Assembly (NCBI GenBank): GCA_002715725.1
Contig: PAZU01000006.1
Coordinates: 1-50,806, forward strand
Direction: 5' to 3'
Length of the DNA stretch: 50,806 bases
Origin: Methanobacteriota archaeon
GTDB taxonomy: Archaea > Thermoplasmatota > Poseidoniia > Poseidoniales > Poseidoniaceae
Positions 17,161 through 26,018 of this stretch are shown piece after piece; position 1 is the first letter of the stretch; the number at the start of each line of letters is the position of its first letter. Under the pieces are notes generated by a model. That model did not search any database and was not told the DNA's origin. It was given only the letters and a program-made list of their open reading frames with translations. The position numbers and the translations under genes were made by a program.

Positions 17161-18570
17161 ATGGCGCGAGACATAGTTTGGCATCCAACCGCATTTCGAA
17201 CACACACTCTAGGGCAGATTCAGAGTGATGGTGGAGAACTTGTTGGTAGTGAGGTGAAGGTTTGTGGTTACATGGAAGCAAACCGCGGGAAAGGCAAGAT
17301 TTGTTTCATGGATGTGAGAGATGGAACTGGTAAAGTTCAAGTTTTCTTGAAGCAAGGTGGAATTAGCGATGAAGAATTGGCTATTGCACAAGGGCTTTCA
17401 CGTGAATCTACCGTTCAGATTATTGGAGAAGTTGCACAAAAGCGACCGCCTAAAGTTGCTGAAGGAGAACCATTGCCTGCACCTACATACGAAGTGGTTG
17501 CATCAAAATTCACAGTTCTTGCACAAGCAGATACTCCTCTCCCATTAGGTGTTACTGACACGGTTACTATTGGGCTTGACACTCGTTTAGATAACCGATT
17601 TTTGGATCTTCGTAGAGCGCATGTCAATGCCATGTTTACACTTAGGGCTAGAGTTCTTGAGTATGGGAGACAGCATTTAATTACAGAGGGATTCAAAGAA
17701 ATCAATTCGCCAAAAATCATTGCTTCAGCATCAGAAGGTGGAACAAATTTGTTCCCAATGATGTATTTTGACACCCCTGCTTTCCTTTCACAAAGTCCAC
17801 AGTTGTACAAGCAGTTAACAGTTCTTGGCGGAATGGAGAGGGTCTTTGAAATTGGACCAGCTTTCCGCGCCGAAAAGCACGACACTTATCGACATTTGAA
17901 CGAATTCATTTCTTTCGATATCGAAGGTGCATGGATGAATGACGACGACGTTATGTGTGTTCAAGAAAGAATGATTCATCACATCTGGAAAATGGTTGCT
18001 GAAAACGATCAAGACCAAATCGAGATTATCAACGAATACAGAGAGAGCCAAGGCGATGAACCAATTACAGTTGAAGTTCCTAGCCTGCCGTTCCCTAGAA
18101 TCGAGTATTGTGATGCAATCAAGATGATACAAGATGCAGGAGTAGAAATCACATGGGGCGATGATATCGAATCATCTCACTGTGATATTATTGCTGCAAA
18201 ATATCCAGGATTTCATTTCCTTCCTCGCTGGCCTATGTCGATGAAACCCTTCTATATCCATCATGTTCCTGGGGAACTTGGTTCTACAGGAGAACAACTA
18301 TCGCGAGGATTTGATTTGAATTATGGCCGTGATGAAATGACAAGCGGTGGTCAAAGAGAACACAATGTAGATGTCCTCGAACAGAATCTACGCAATATGG
18401 AATTAAATCCAGCAGATTTCACATTTTACACAGACGGTTTCCGATATGGAGCACCTCCTCACGCAGGATGGGGTCTCGGTGTAGCACGATTGCTAATGGT
18501 TTTGACCGGTTCTAGAAATGTCCGTGAAACCGTTCTATTCCCAAGAGACCGTAGTAGAGTCACACCTTGA
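17161..18570 (+). CDS. aspS: Aspartyl-tRNA synthetase, archaeal/eukaryotic type
   Basis: FRTHTLGQI start region, OB-fold, RLDNRFLDLRR, class II motif 2 FEIGPAFRAE, GGQREH, and motif 3 GAPPHAGWGLGVARL. Start is ambiguous between 17134 and 17161. Confidence 0.9.
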   Translation: MARDIVWHPTAFRTHTLGQIQSDGGELVGSEVKVCGYMEANRGKGKICFMDVRDGTGKVQVFLKQGGISDEELAIAQGLSRESTVQIIGEVAQKRPPKVAEGEPLPAPTYEVVASKFTVLAQADTPLPLGVTDTVTIGLDTRLDNRFLDLRRAHVNAMFTLRARVLEYGRQHLITEGFKEINSPKIIASASEGGTNLFPMMYFDTPAFLSQSPQLYKQLTVLGGMERVFEIGPAFRAEKHDTYRHLNEFISFDIEGAWMNDDDVMCVQERMIHHIWKMVAENDQDQIEIINEYRESQGDEPITVEVPSLPFPRIEYCDAIKMIQDAGVEITWGDDIESSHCDIIAAKYPGFHFLPRWPMSMKPFYIHHVPGELGSTGEQLSRGFDLNYGRDEMTSGGQREHNVDVLEQNLRNMELNPADFTFYTDGFRYGAPPHAGWGLGVARLLMVLTGSRNVRETVLFPRDRSRVTP

Positions 18571-18595
18571 GTTGGTAAAGTTGCCAGTTGACCGC

Positions 18596-19327
18596 ATGCA
18601 ATGGGGTGCTGAAGATTGGCAGTTCGCTGATCTGTATATGCCAGATGAACCATCCCCGTATCAGAAAGATGAGGGCATCCCTTGTGTGATGCTGATTCAT
18701 GGTGGTTTTTGGAAGAAGAAATTCACTCTAGATTTGATGGCTCCAATTGCTGAAGATTTAGCTGAACAAGGAATTGCTGCATGGAATATCGAATTCAAAG
18801 GATGGGAGTCTGGCGATGAAGGAGTATGGATGGACACTCTTTCAGATGTGATGAGGGCCTGGGGCCAATTAGCATTATTACCGGGCATCGATATTGTGCG
18901 TTCGATGATTTTAGGACACTCCGCAGGAGGGCATTTAGCCCTGATGATGGCGGCGGTTGCAGAAAGAAAACCGTGGCTAACAATTGCACAAGCTCCTATA
19001 GCAGATATTGTAGCGGCAGATCACGCCAAATTATCTGACGACGGTGATGCAGTCCGCCGCTGGATGGGTTGTGCTCCTGAAGGAAACGAAGAGATGTGGC
19101 GGCGAGTAAATCCTGTTGATAATCCTCCCAAAACCTCAGTAGTTCTAATACATGGCAAGGCAGACGAAGATGTACCCTGGATTCAATCAGAATCCTACGC
19201 TAGAGCAATGAAAGCAAAGGGTGTTGAAATCCAAAAATTATGGTTACCTGGCGACCATTATTCCATCATTGATGTTGCCAGTGACGATTGGCTAACTCAA
19301 GTTGAAACAATCAGAGATTGGTTGTAA
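18596..19327 (+). CDS. Alpha/beta hydrolase, arylformamidase/esterase-like (HGGxW + GHSAGG)
   Basis: Oxyanion-hole motif VMLIHGGFW, nucleophile elbow LGHSAGGHLA, and late IHGKADEDVP / GDHYS (Asp/His). Alternative starts: ATG 18518 (53-nt overlap with aspS) or TTG 18572 (1 nt after the aspS stop). Confidence 0.8.
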   Translation: MQWGAEDWQFADLYMPDEPSPYQKDEGIPCVMLIHGGFWKKKFTLDLMAPIAEDLAEQGIAAWNIEFKGWESGDEGVWMDTLSDVMRAWGQLALLPGIDIVRSMILGHSAGGHLALMMAAVAERKPWLTIAQAPIADIVAADHAKLSDDGDAVRRWMGCAPEGNEEMWRRVNPVDNPPKTSVVLIHGKADEDVPWIQSESYARAMKAKGVEIQKLWLPGDHYSIIDVASDDWLTQVETIRDWL

Positions 19328-19340
19328 GGTTCAAAACCTT
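19326..19340 (+). terminator. Triloop hairpin overlapping the hydrolase stop codon
   Basis: AAGGTT-CAA-AACCTT, a 6-bp perfect stem starting within the TAA stop (19325-19327). Confidence 0.2.
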
Positions 19341-19358
19341 GCGCTGCTTGGCGTTGTT

Positions 19359-20144
19359 ATGGACTGGCTAGGAGACGACTTCCCTTTCTCAACTTCTGCT
19401 CTCTCTGGAAAGCACGCAATTGTATGTGGTGCTTCCAAAGGAATTGGGGCAGCAACTGCAAAAATGCTTGCTAAAGCAGGGGCAAAAGTTACTGCAGTCA
19501 GTAGGGATCCTCACAATTTAGTTGCTACTCTCGAGGGAGAGGGTCACACCGGAATTAGCCTTGATTTGGAGAATCAAGAAGCAATTGGCAAATTCATTTC
19601 TTCAATTGAAGAATGCCATATTCTAATCAATAATGCCGCAGGTCCTCCTGGCGGACCTTTGCTAGAAAATGACATCGAAGATTTCGACGCGCCGTTTAAG
19701 CGACACTTGCACGCTTCACACACTTTGGTCAAAGGCGTAGTGCCTATCATGGAGAAAGCAGGTATGGGCAGAATAGTGAACATCATCTCGACATCGGTTA
19801 GAGAGCCAATCCCAAACATTGGACTTTCAAACACATTGAGGGGCGCGATGGCATCTTGGGCTAAGTCCCTTTCACGCGAACTTCCCACCTGTATTACAAT
19901 CAACAATGTGCTTCCTGGATTTACTGATACCGACCGCTTAGGGTCACTGGCGTCCTCGATTAATTCCAAAACAGGAAAAAGCATTGAGGATATTCACGCC
20001 GGTTGGATGTCACAAGTTCCGATTGAAAGGCTGATTGACCCACTTGAAACCGGAGCTGCTGTCGCTTACCTTTGCATGCCTATTTCTGGCGGTATACGAG
20101 GCGTTTCACTAGCAGTAGATGGCGGCCGTATGCGCTCAATTTGA
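19359..20144 (+). CDS. Short-chain dehydrogenase/reductase family protein
   Basis: Rossmann motif VCGASKGIGAATAKMLAKAG, NNAAG, and IVNIISTS. At the position where YxxxK is expected I read SNTLR, so the catalytic tetrad looks non-canonical. Confidence 0.8.
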   Translation: MDWLGDDFPFSTSALSGKHAIVCGASKGIGAATAKMLAKAGAKVTAVSRDPHNLVATLEGEGHTGISLDLENQEAIGKFISSIEECHILINNAAGPPGGPLLENDIEDFDAPFKRHLHASHTLVKGVVPIMEKAGMGRIVNIISTSVREPIPNIGLSNTLRGAMASWAKSLSRELPTCITINNVLPGFTDTDRLGSLASSINSKTGKSIEDIHAGWMSQVPIERLIDPLETGAAVAYLCMPISGGIRGVSLAVDGGRMRSI

Positions 20145-20162
20145 GGTGATGATTTGGCGGAA

Positions 20163-20954
20163 ATGAATCAAGCACAAGCAGAGGAACTCATGGATATGTT
20201 TGCCGACGGCAAATTGATTGAATCGATAAACACGAGTCTAGCATTGCATCTGGTAGATCTTGCTCGAGAGTTAGGTAGAGATGCGTTAGTAGGCAGACTG
20301 TTAGATCATGCTGCGAAAGTTTCTGACAATCCTGAGGACCAGGGTTGGTGTCAATTCGAATTGCTTAAACATGAAGGTGCGAGCAAAGATGAATTAATCG
20401 GATTAGGTGTTCAATCAGAGAAAGAAGAACTTCCAGGTCTTGCAGCGGGGATTTTCCATCATGTTTCACTGATGTCTTTGGGTAGTGAAGAAGCGGGCCT
20501 ATTCGCTAATCGCTCGATGAGGCTGCGTGAAGAAGCGGATGATTTGGAGGGTATGATTTACGGGCATGCACTTTTGGCACATATTGCCAAATCTGAAGGA
20601 GATTTTGAGAAAAGTCAACTTCATCTCCAAAAAAGATTGGAAATTATTCCTGAACCAGAGAAATTTGAGAGGATGGAAGCTTTAGCAGATTTAGCCCATT
20701 CACATTCTTCGTTGGGGGAATTAGAACAAGCGCAAGCATTCTTAATCGATTCATTAGAAATTGCAATTGAATTACAAGAGTTATCTGGAATTTTAGTTGC
20801 TAGATGGGGTCTTGCAGACCTTGCCGAAATTTCGAATCAACCAGATGAAGCGATGGTCCAATTATCTGATATCATGACAGCATTCATGGAAGCAGGTGCA
20901 TTAGTACCCGAGCTTGTTCGAGAACGTATTTCGAAATTAACCGCGCAACAGTGA
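20163..20954 (+). CDS. Hypothetical helical-repeat (TPR-like) protein
   Basis: All-helical, Leu/Ala/Glu-rich protein with TPR-like repeats (ALADLAHSHSSLGELEQAQAFLIDSLEIA). The tracked ORF starts at TTG 20154; the first ATG is 20163. Confidence 0.55.
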   Translation: MNQAQAEELMDMFADGKLIESINTSLALHLVDLARELGRDALVGRLLDHAAKVSDNPEDQGWCQFELLKHEGASKDELIGLGVQSEKEELPGLAAGIFHHVSLMSLGSEEAGLFANRSMRLREEADDLEGMIYGHALLAHIAKSEGDFEKSQLHLQKRLEIIPEPEKFERMEALADLAHSHSSLGELEQAQAFLIDSLEIAIELQELSGILVARWGLADLAEISNQPDEAMVQLSDIMTAFMEAGALVPELVRERISKLTAQQ

Positions 20955-20970
20955 TGTTGATACATCGAGC

Positions 20971-20991
20971 CCCTCTCCCTTAGGGAGAGGG
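20971..20991 (+). promoter_or_regulatory. Perfect 9-bp triloop hairpin whose 3' arm is the SD-like sequence of the next gene
   Basis: CCCTCTCCC-TTA-GGGAGAGGG. The 3' arm ends 6 nt before the GTG start at 20997. Confidence 0.35.
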
Positions 20992-20996
20992 ATTAG

Positions 20997-22208
20997 GTGG
21001 AGTTCGACATATTCTTCTCAATATCGCAGACTCCAGACCACAATGGATTCACTCCTAGTGAATCCGAAATGTTCGCTAATTATTATGCTCAATTAGAAGC
21101 AGCAGACCGTTTAGGATTCGGTGTTGCTTGGATTGCACAAGCACATTTGTCCACCCAAACTCAACAAGAGAACTCGAGTCCAGTAGTTCCTCATTGGAAG
21201 GGCGAAGTTGGTCTTTGCACTGATTTCTGCCAGTTGGCACTAGAATCATTTAGACGTACTAGCAGAATCGATGTAGGTTCTGCTGTTGTAAGTATTCTTG
21301 CCAGTGGCGGCCCTATTGCCCAAGCCGAAAGAATTGCTAACACAGTACAATTCCTTTCACACATGGATGTCAATCGTAAGTTGCACGTGGGATTCAGTGC
21401 AGGTAGGTTTGAATTCATGGCACGCCCATACGGTGTCGTTCCCAGGAATGTTGTAGAAGAGGCGGCTTGGCCGGCATTACGTGCTCAAATTTTCATGGAA
21501 GCAAGTGAGATTTTTCTTAGATTATTGAGAGGCGATACTATCAGGTCTGATGATATTAGAGAGACAGTAATGAATAGAGATAATTTCCGTTCTGATGAAG
21601 ATTGGAATAAAGTTCAAAATGCTGCGGGTGGCTTACCCGATGAAATCGAAATTGACAGACGGTACCAGTTCGAGGAAATCTCAATCGTTCCAAAAACATG
21701 GCCCAGAAATCAATTGGAATTAGTCGCTGGGACACATGATCCTAGAGCCCAAGAATTCGTCAACAAATTCATGCCAGTAAAGGTTTTCAATCTATCCATA
21801 ACTTCGCCCGAAGTGATTGATTCCACCCATGAGAGGATGAGTAAATTTTTCCACAAAGATGGCGGGGAGTGGCAAAGAAGAGATATGCCTCGTACAACAT
21901 TTGTTTTCCTCAATGCGGAGGAAGGGCTATCTCCTGAGGAACAATCGATTGCAGCACATGAAGAAGCTCGACTTGCTTTGGGTGAATATTGGAAGGCACT
22001 AGAAGGAACTCTTGACCCTTCGAAAGTGGAGAAAGCGGCAGATAACGCACTTATCGGTAATCCTGAGCAAGTCGCCAAGCAAGTTTTGGAAAGATTCCAT
22101 CCTGATGACCGTTTGATGTGCTGGTTCGATTTCTTCAATCACGATAGCGAACGAGTGGTTCGAAATATGGAAGCTTGGTGGAGCGAAGTCGTACCACTGC
22201 TGGGGTGA
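20997..22208 (+). CDS. Luciferase-like (LLM class) flavin-dependent oxidoreductase
   Basis: MEFDIFFSIS..., LGFGVAWIAQAHL (the family's GFD..W..EHH region) and C-terminal LIGNPEQVAKQVLER are typical of bacterial-luciferase-family TIM barrels. GTG start. Confidence 0.78.
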   Translation: MEFDIFFSISQTPDHNGFTPSESEMFANYYAQLEAADRLGFGVAWIAQAHLSTQTQQENSSPVVPHWKGEVGLCTDFCQLALESFRRTSRIDVGSAVVSILASGGPIAQAERIANTVQFLSHMDVNRKLHVGFSAGRFEFMARPYGVVPRNVVEEAAWPALRAQIFMEASEIFLRLLRGDTIRSDDIRETVMNRDNFRSDEDWNKVQNAAGGLPDEIEIDRRYQFEEISIVPKTWPRNQLELVAGTHDPRAQEFVNKFMPVKVFNLSITSPEVIDSTHERMSKFFHKDGGEWQRRDMPRTTFVFLNAEEGLSPEEQSIAAHEEARLALGEYWKALEGTLDPSKVEKAADNALIGNPEQVAKQVLERFHPDDRLMCWFDFFNHDSERVVRNMEAWWSEVVPLLG

Positions 22209-22212
22209 AATT

Positions 22213-23328
22213 TTGGATTTAAGGCACGACAAAAATTCTGCAGTTGCCCCTGGTAAACCAGGTTCTGCAATTTATCCAGATTCTCCACTTGGAGAGGATA
22301 TCGAAGGTATACCAACTGGCAGAGATGTAGAGTGGGAGCCATTGGTAGATTATCGTAGGAATGGAGTTTCTGAAACCACCATTCATGGCGCAGTAGCATG
22401 GTGCCATGGCGATGAGGTAATACATTCATTCGGTGGAAATGTTCTATGTTATGGAAGGTCAATGATGAAGCCATTCATGTTGAAGGCGTTCACAAAAGAG
22501 TTGGAAAACCATTCATGGGAGCAAAAAGCAATTTCTGTCGCTAGTCATAACGGGGATACTGAACACGTTGCTGCTGCTCAATCTATGCTCTCTGAGGCTG
22601 AATGGCCACTGATGCTTACCCCTGTGGATGTGCCACTCATTCAATTCGGTAGGCAGGTTAGAAGACCTAGGCGCTGGTATCATACCTGCAGCGGCGAGCA
22701 TGCTGCAATACTTGCAGGATGTAGGGCCAAAGGTTGGAATCGAGCGGGGTATACTCTTCCTACACACAAAGTATTCCACGCATACATGGAACAACTTAGA
22801 AGATTTCTTGGCAAGGATTGGAATCCACAAAGGATAGCTAAGGATGGGTGCGGTCTGCCAACAGTTTCGAACACTGTTGCAGAATTAGCCAAAATTTACG
22901 CAGGATTAGTTCAGGACAAAGATTCAGATTGGATTTGGGAAGCCATGTGCAAGAATCCTGATTTAGTTGGTGGATTCAATAGATTAGACTCGACAATTTT
23001 GAAAATCGGTAATGGTAAAGTTATCGCAAAAGAGGGTGCGGATGGCCTACTTGGAATGGCTATCGAGCACCCTGATTATCCGAATGGATTAGGAATTGTT
23101 GTTAAAATTGCACACGGCTGGAATTCACAGGCTACTTGGTATATCGCTAGAGCAATTTTAGGATGCTTAGGAATTGAATTACGAAACCCATATCCGCTGA
23201 ATAAACAAAAAGCGTTTATTGTCCCAGGAATAGTTCCAGATTCTCTACGCGGTGTACTAGAAACCATTCCGACGTGGGATGAGTGGGATCCGGACCAAGA
23301 CCGCTGGCATTACGAGGTGGATGCATGA
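22213..23328 (+). CDS. Asparaginase II family (Rhizobium-type, PF06089-like) amidohydrolase
   Basis: Collinear matches to the family as I recall it: TIHGAVAW, RSMMKPFM, ASHNGDTEH, CSGEHAAILAGCRA, KDGCGLPT, NPDLVGG, KEGADGLLG and GIVVKIAHG. TTG start at 22213 is uncertain. The stop overlaps the ALDH start (ATGA). Confidence 0.8.
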   Translation: MDLRHDKNSAVAPGKPGSAIYPDSPLGEDIEGIPTGRDVEWEPLVDYRRNGVSETTIHGAVAWCHGDEVIHSFGGNVLCYGRSMMKPFMLKAFTKELENHSWEQKAISVASHNGDTEHVAAAQSMLSEAEWPLMLTPVDVPLIQFGRQVRRPRRWYHTCSGEHAAILAGCRAKGWNRAGYTLPTHKVFHAYMEQLRRFLGKDWNPQRIAKDGCGLPTVSNTVAELAKIYAGLVQDKDSDWIWEAMCKNPDLVGGFNRLDSTILKIGNGKVIAKEGADGLLGMAIEHPDYPNGLGIVVKIAHGWNSQATWYIARAILGCLGIELRNPYPLNKQKAFIVPGIVPDSLRGVLETIPTWDEWDPDQDRWHYEVDA

Positions 23329-24704
23329 TCCAAGTCGAGAATTACATCGGTGGTGAATTCGTTACTTTGGGTGAAGATTTTGACGACATCTCACCGCTAG
23401 ATTTCTCGGTTATTGCCAAAGTTCCTCGAACTAGAAATGTCGATGATGCGGTTGATGCCGCTAAGAAGGCTCAACCTATGTGGGGTGCACTTAGTATCGA
23501 ACAGAGATGTGATTGGTTGGACAAAATTGCAAATGAACTCGAGAATCAAATCGAAGAAATTGCTCGTTTGGAATCAATGGATACTGGAAAACCACACCAT
23601 GTTGCATTGAATGTAGATGCATCTAGGTCTGTAAATAATTTCAGATTTTTTGCAGAGTTTGGACGCAACATGGAATCACAGACTTTCGAAATGTCAGATG
23701 CAACAAATTATGTCGTAAGAAAACCGATTGGTATTGTTGGATTAATTTCACCTTGGAATCTCCCATTGTACCTGCTATCTTGGAAGATAGCACCTGCCTT
23801 GTTAATGGGCAATTCAATAGTTGCTAAGCCAAGCGAAATCACGCCATTAACAGCACATTTCCTAGCAAATATTTGTTCCCAAGTTGGCCTACCTGCTGGT
23901 GTTTTGAACATTGTTCACGGTTATGGGCCAGAAGTAGGGCAAGCCATTGTTGAACATCCTGAAATCAAAGCAATATCCTTCACTGGCGGTACTTCAACCG
24001 GCAAGATAGTGGCTGCAACCGCCGCACCTATGTTCAAGAAATTAAGTCTTGAACTTGGTGGTAAGAATGCATCAATTGTATTGGAAGATGCTGATTTAGA
24101 CGTCGCGGTACCAGGTGTATTGCGAGCATCATTTCTCAACTCAGGGCAAATTTGCTTGTGCGGTTCACGTGTTTTGGTACATTCATCAATCTATGATGAA
24201 TTCATGGAAAGGTATCTCCAAGAATTGAAGAGTTTCGAAATAGGTCCAGTAATTAGTGACGAACACCGTTCAAAGGTTGTATCGTACATCGATTTGGCCA
24301 AGCAAGAAGGAGGTAATATCCTGGCCGGTGGAAATATTCCCGATAAGGTGGGTGCTTGGCTTGAGCCAACAGTGATCTCTGGACTTTCTCACACCTCTAG
24401 AACAGCCACAGAAGAAATCTTTGGACCAGTAGTTACTGTTCACCCATTCGATTCAGATGAAGAAGCGATTGAAATGGCAAACAGTACCCAATATGGGTTG
24501 GCAGGAAGTGTTTGGTCGAAGCGAAAAGGACGAAAAGTTGCAGAAAAGATTGATTCAGGTATGGTTTGGGTTAACACATGGCTGCATAGAGATTTACGCG
24601 TCCCATTCGGAGGAGTCAAAGACAGCGGCGTAGGGCGTGAAGGAGGAATGTGGTCTCTCGGTTTCTTCTCAGAAGCAGTCAATATTTGCGTCATGGAAGA
24701 TTGA
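23325..24704 (+). CDS. NAD(P)-dependent aldehyde dehydrogenase, 2-hydroxy/2-aminomuconic-semialdehyde dehydrogenase-like
   Basis: MIQVENYIGGEFV N-terminus, SPWNLPL, catalytic ELGGKNA and GQICLCGSR, and EEIFGPV. The LCGSR context and N-terminus resemble the XylG/DmpC/AmnC clade (recollection). The start ATG at 23325 overlaps the upstream stop. Confidence 0.88.
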   Translation: MIQVENYIGGEFVTLGEDFDDISPLDFSVIAKVPRTRNVDDAVDAAKKAQPMWGALSIEQRCDWLDKIANELENQIEEIARLESMDTGKPHHVALNVDASRSVNNFRFFAEFGRNMESQTFEMSDATNYVVRKPIGIVGLISPWNLPLYLLSWKIAPALLMGNSIVAKPSEITPLTAHFLANICSQVGLPAGVLNIVHGYGPEVGQAIVEHPEIKAISFTGGTSTGKIVAATAAPMFKKLSLELGGKNASIVLEDADLDVAVPGVLRASFLNSGQICLCGSRVLVHSSIYDEFMERYLQELKSFEIGPVISDEHRSKVVSYIDLAKQEGGNILAGGNIPDKVGAWLEPTVISGLSHTSRTATEEIFGPVVTVHPFDSDEEAIEMANSTQYGLAGSVWSKRKGRKVAEKIDSGMVWVNTWLHRDLRVPFGGVKDSGVGREGGMWSLGFFSEAVNICVMED

Positions 24705-24741
24705 AGGCTGAGATACCTGTCGGAGTGTTGGAGGCAAACTC

Positions 24742-25557
24742 ATGTCAGTCCATGCAAACGCTCGCAAAGTGACAACCCACACTCTTCAAGAAATGAAGAG
24801 AGCCGGTGAAAAAATCACAATGCTAACCGCCTATGACTTCAGTTTAGCTAAGTTGGTTGATAGAGGCGGCGTAGACGTAATTTTGGTAGGAGATTCCGCA
24901 TCAAACGTCATGGCTGGTAGAGATACAACTGTGCCAATGAGTCTCGAGCACATGATCTACCATGCTCAATGTGTTGAGCGTGCAGTCGATAGAGCATTGA
25001 TTGTAGTCGATATGCCATTCGGTTCTTACCAAGGAAATTCCGCAATTGCATTAGAGAGCGCTATTCGAATCATGAAAGAATCGGGTGGGCATGCAGTCAA
25101 GTTAGAAGGTGGTGCTGAAATTGTTGAAAGTATTCAGAGAATTTTGACAGCCGGTATCCCAGTTATGGGGCACTTGGGACTAACTCCTCAATCGATTTAC
25201 AAATTTGGAACTTATACTGTTCGTGCTAAAGAGGAAGAAGAGGCATCCAAATTGATTGCGGATGCTAAGTTACTGGAAGAAGCAGGTTGTTTCGCAGTAG
25301 TTCTAGAGAAAATACCTGCTCATTTGGCTAAACAGGTAAGTGAAGCCTTGTCGATACCAACTATTGGAATCGGTGCTGGACAGAATTGTGACGGTCAGGT
25401 TTTGGTACTGCACGATATGCTAGGAATCACTACAGATTTCAGCCCGAGATTCCTGCGCAGATATCTTGACTTGGAGAGTAAAATTACTGGAGCTGTAGAA
25501 CAGTATTGTGAAGATGTTAGAACTGGAGACTTCCCTAACGAAGAAGAATCTTACTGA
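24742..25557 (+). CDS. panB: 3-methyl-2-oxobutanoate hydroxymethyltransferase (ketopantoate hydroxymethyltransferase)
   Basis: [46 protein letters not shown] and LEKIP are canonical PanB motifs. Confidence 0.92.
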   Translation: MSVHANARKVTTHTLQEMKRAGEKITMLTAYDFSLAKLVDRGGVDVILVGDSASNVMAGRDTTVPMSLEHMIYHAQCVERAVDRALIVVDMPFGSYQGNSAIALESAIRIMKESGGHAVKLEGGAEIVESIQRILTAGIPVMGHLGLTPQSIYKFGTYTVRAKEEEEASKLIADAKLLEEAGCFAVVLEKIPAHLAKQVSEALSIPTIGIGAGQNCDGQVLVLHDMLGITTDFSPRFLRRYLDLESKITGAVEQYCEDVRTGDFPNEEESY

Positions 25558-26018
25558 GTAAGCGTGGCAATTAACATTGCACCAGGTAGAATACAGGATG
25601 CAATTCCGAAGCCGTGCCATATCCCGTAACGGAATGGAGGATGGTTTTGTTTTGACCAAGAAGCGCATTGCCAAATCCAAATTAGAAATGGAATTGCAAT
25701 GTTGAAATAATTAGGACCTAATACCCAAAATACAGCCATTGGGATGCAAACTACTGCAACTCCAAAAGCATGCTCTCTTATGTCTCCAGAATCAGTAAGT
25801 ATGGCGAGTAATGGAGCGAAAACCACCGATGCAACTAATGCGATCATCATCGGAGGGAATTTATTTTCATTCAGAGTAAGTACACTAACAGCAACTAGGG
25901 AAATAGCGAATATCGAAGGCCACACCACGTGGCGCAACTTCAAGTCAGGTCTCTCTCCCATATTTTGGGCCAAGAGTAGCCGATGAATAGAAGATGCGGA
26001 ACCTTTTGGTCGTGTCAT
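25551..26018 (-). CDS. Hypothetical 4-TM membrane protein
   Basis: A 155-aa hydrophobic ORF fills the only minus-strand gap in the cluster. Its 3' end overlaps panB by 7 nt. Its tracked ATG overlaps the amnB-like ATG (CATG), so the true start may be an internal Met. No family recognised. Confidence 0.45.
   Translation of the reverse strand: MTRPKGSASSIHRLLLAQNMGERPDLKLRHVVWPSIFAISLVAVSVLTLNENKFPPMMIALVASVVFAPLLAILTDSGDIREHAFGVAVVCIPMAVFWVLGPNYFNIAIPFLIWIWQCASWSKQNHPPFRYGIWHGFGIASCILPGAMLIATLTQ

Noticed and set aside
17077-17205. Upstream extensions of the metK ORF (to 17205) and the aspS ORF (from 17134) that would make the divergent genes overlap
   Set aside because: The MetK family N-terminus aligns at MSEDLFTSES (ATG 17076), and the extension (MCSKCGWMPNY...) has no homology. 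Overlapping divergent 5' ends would leave no promoter space.
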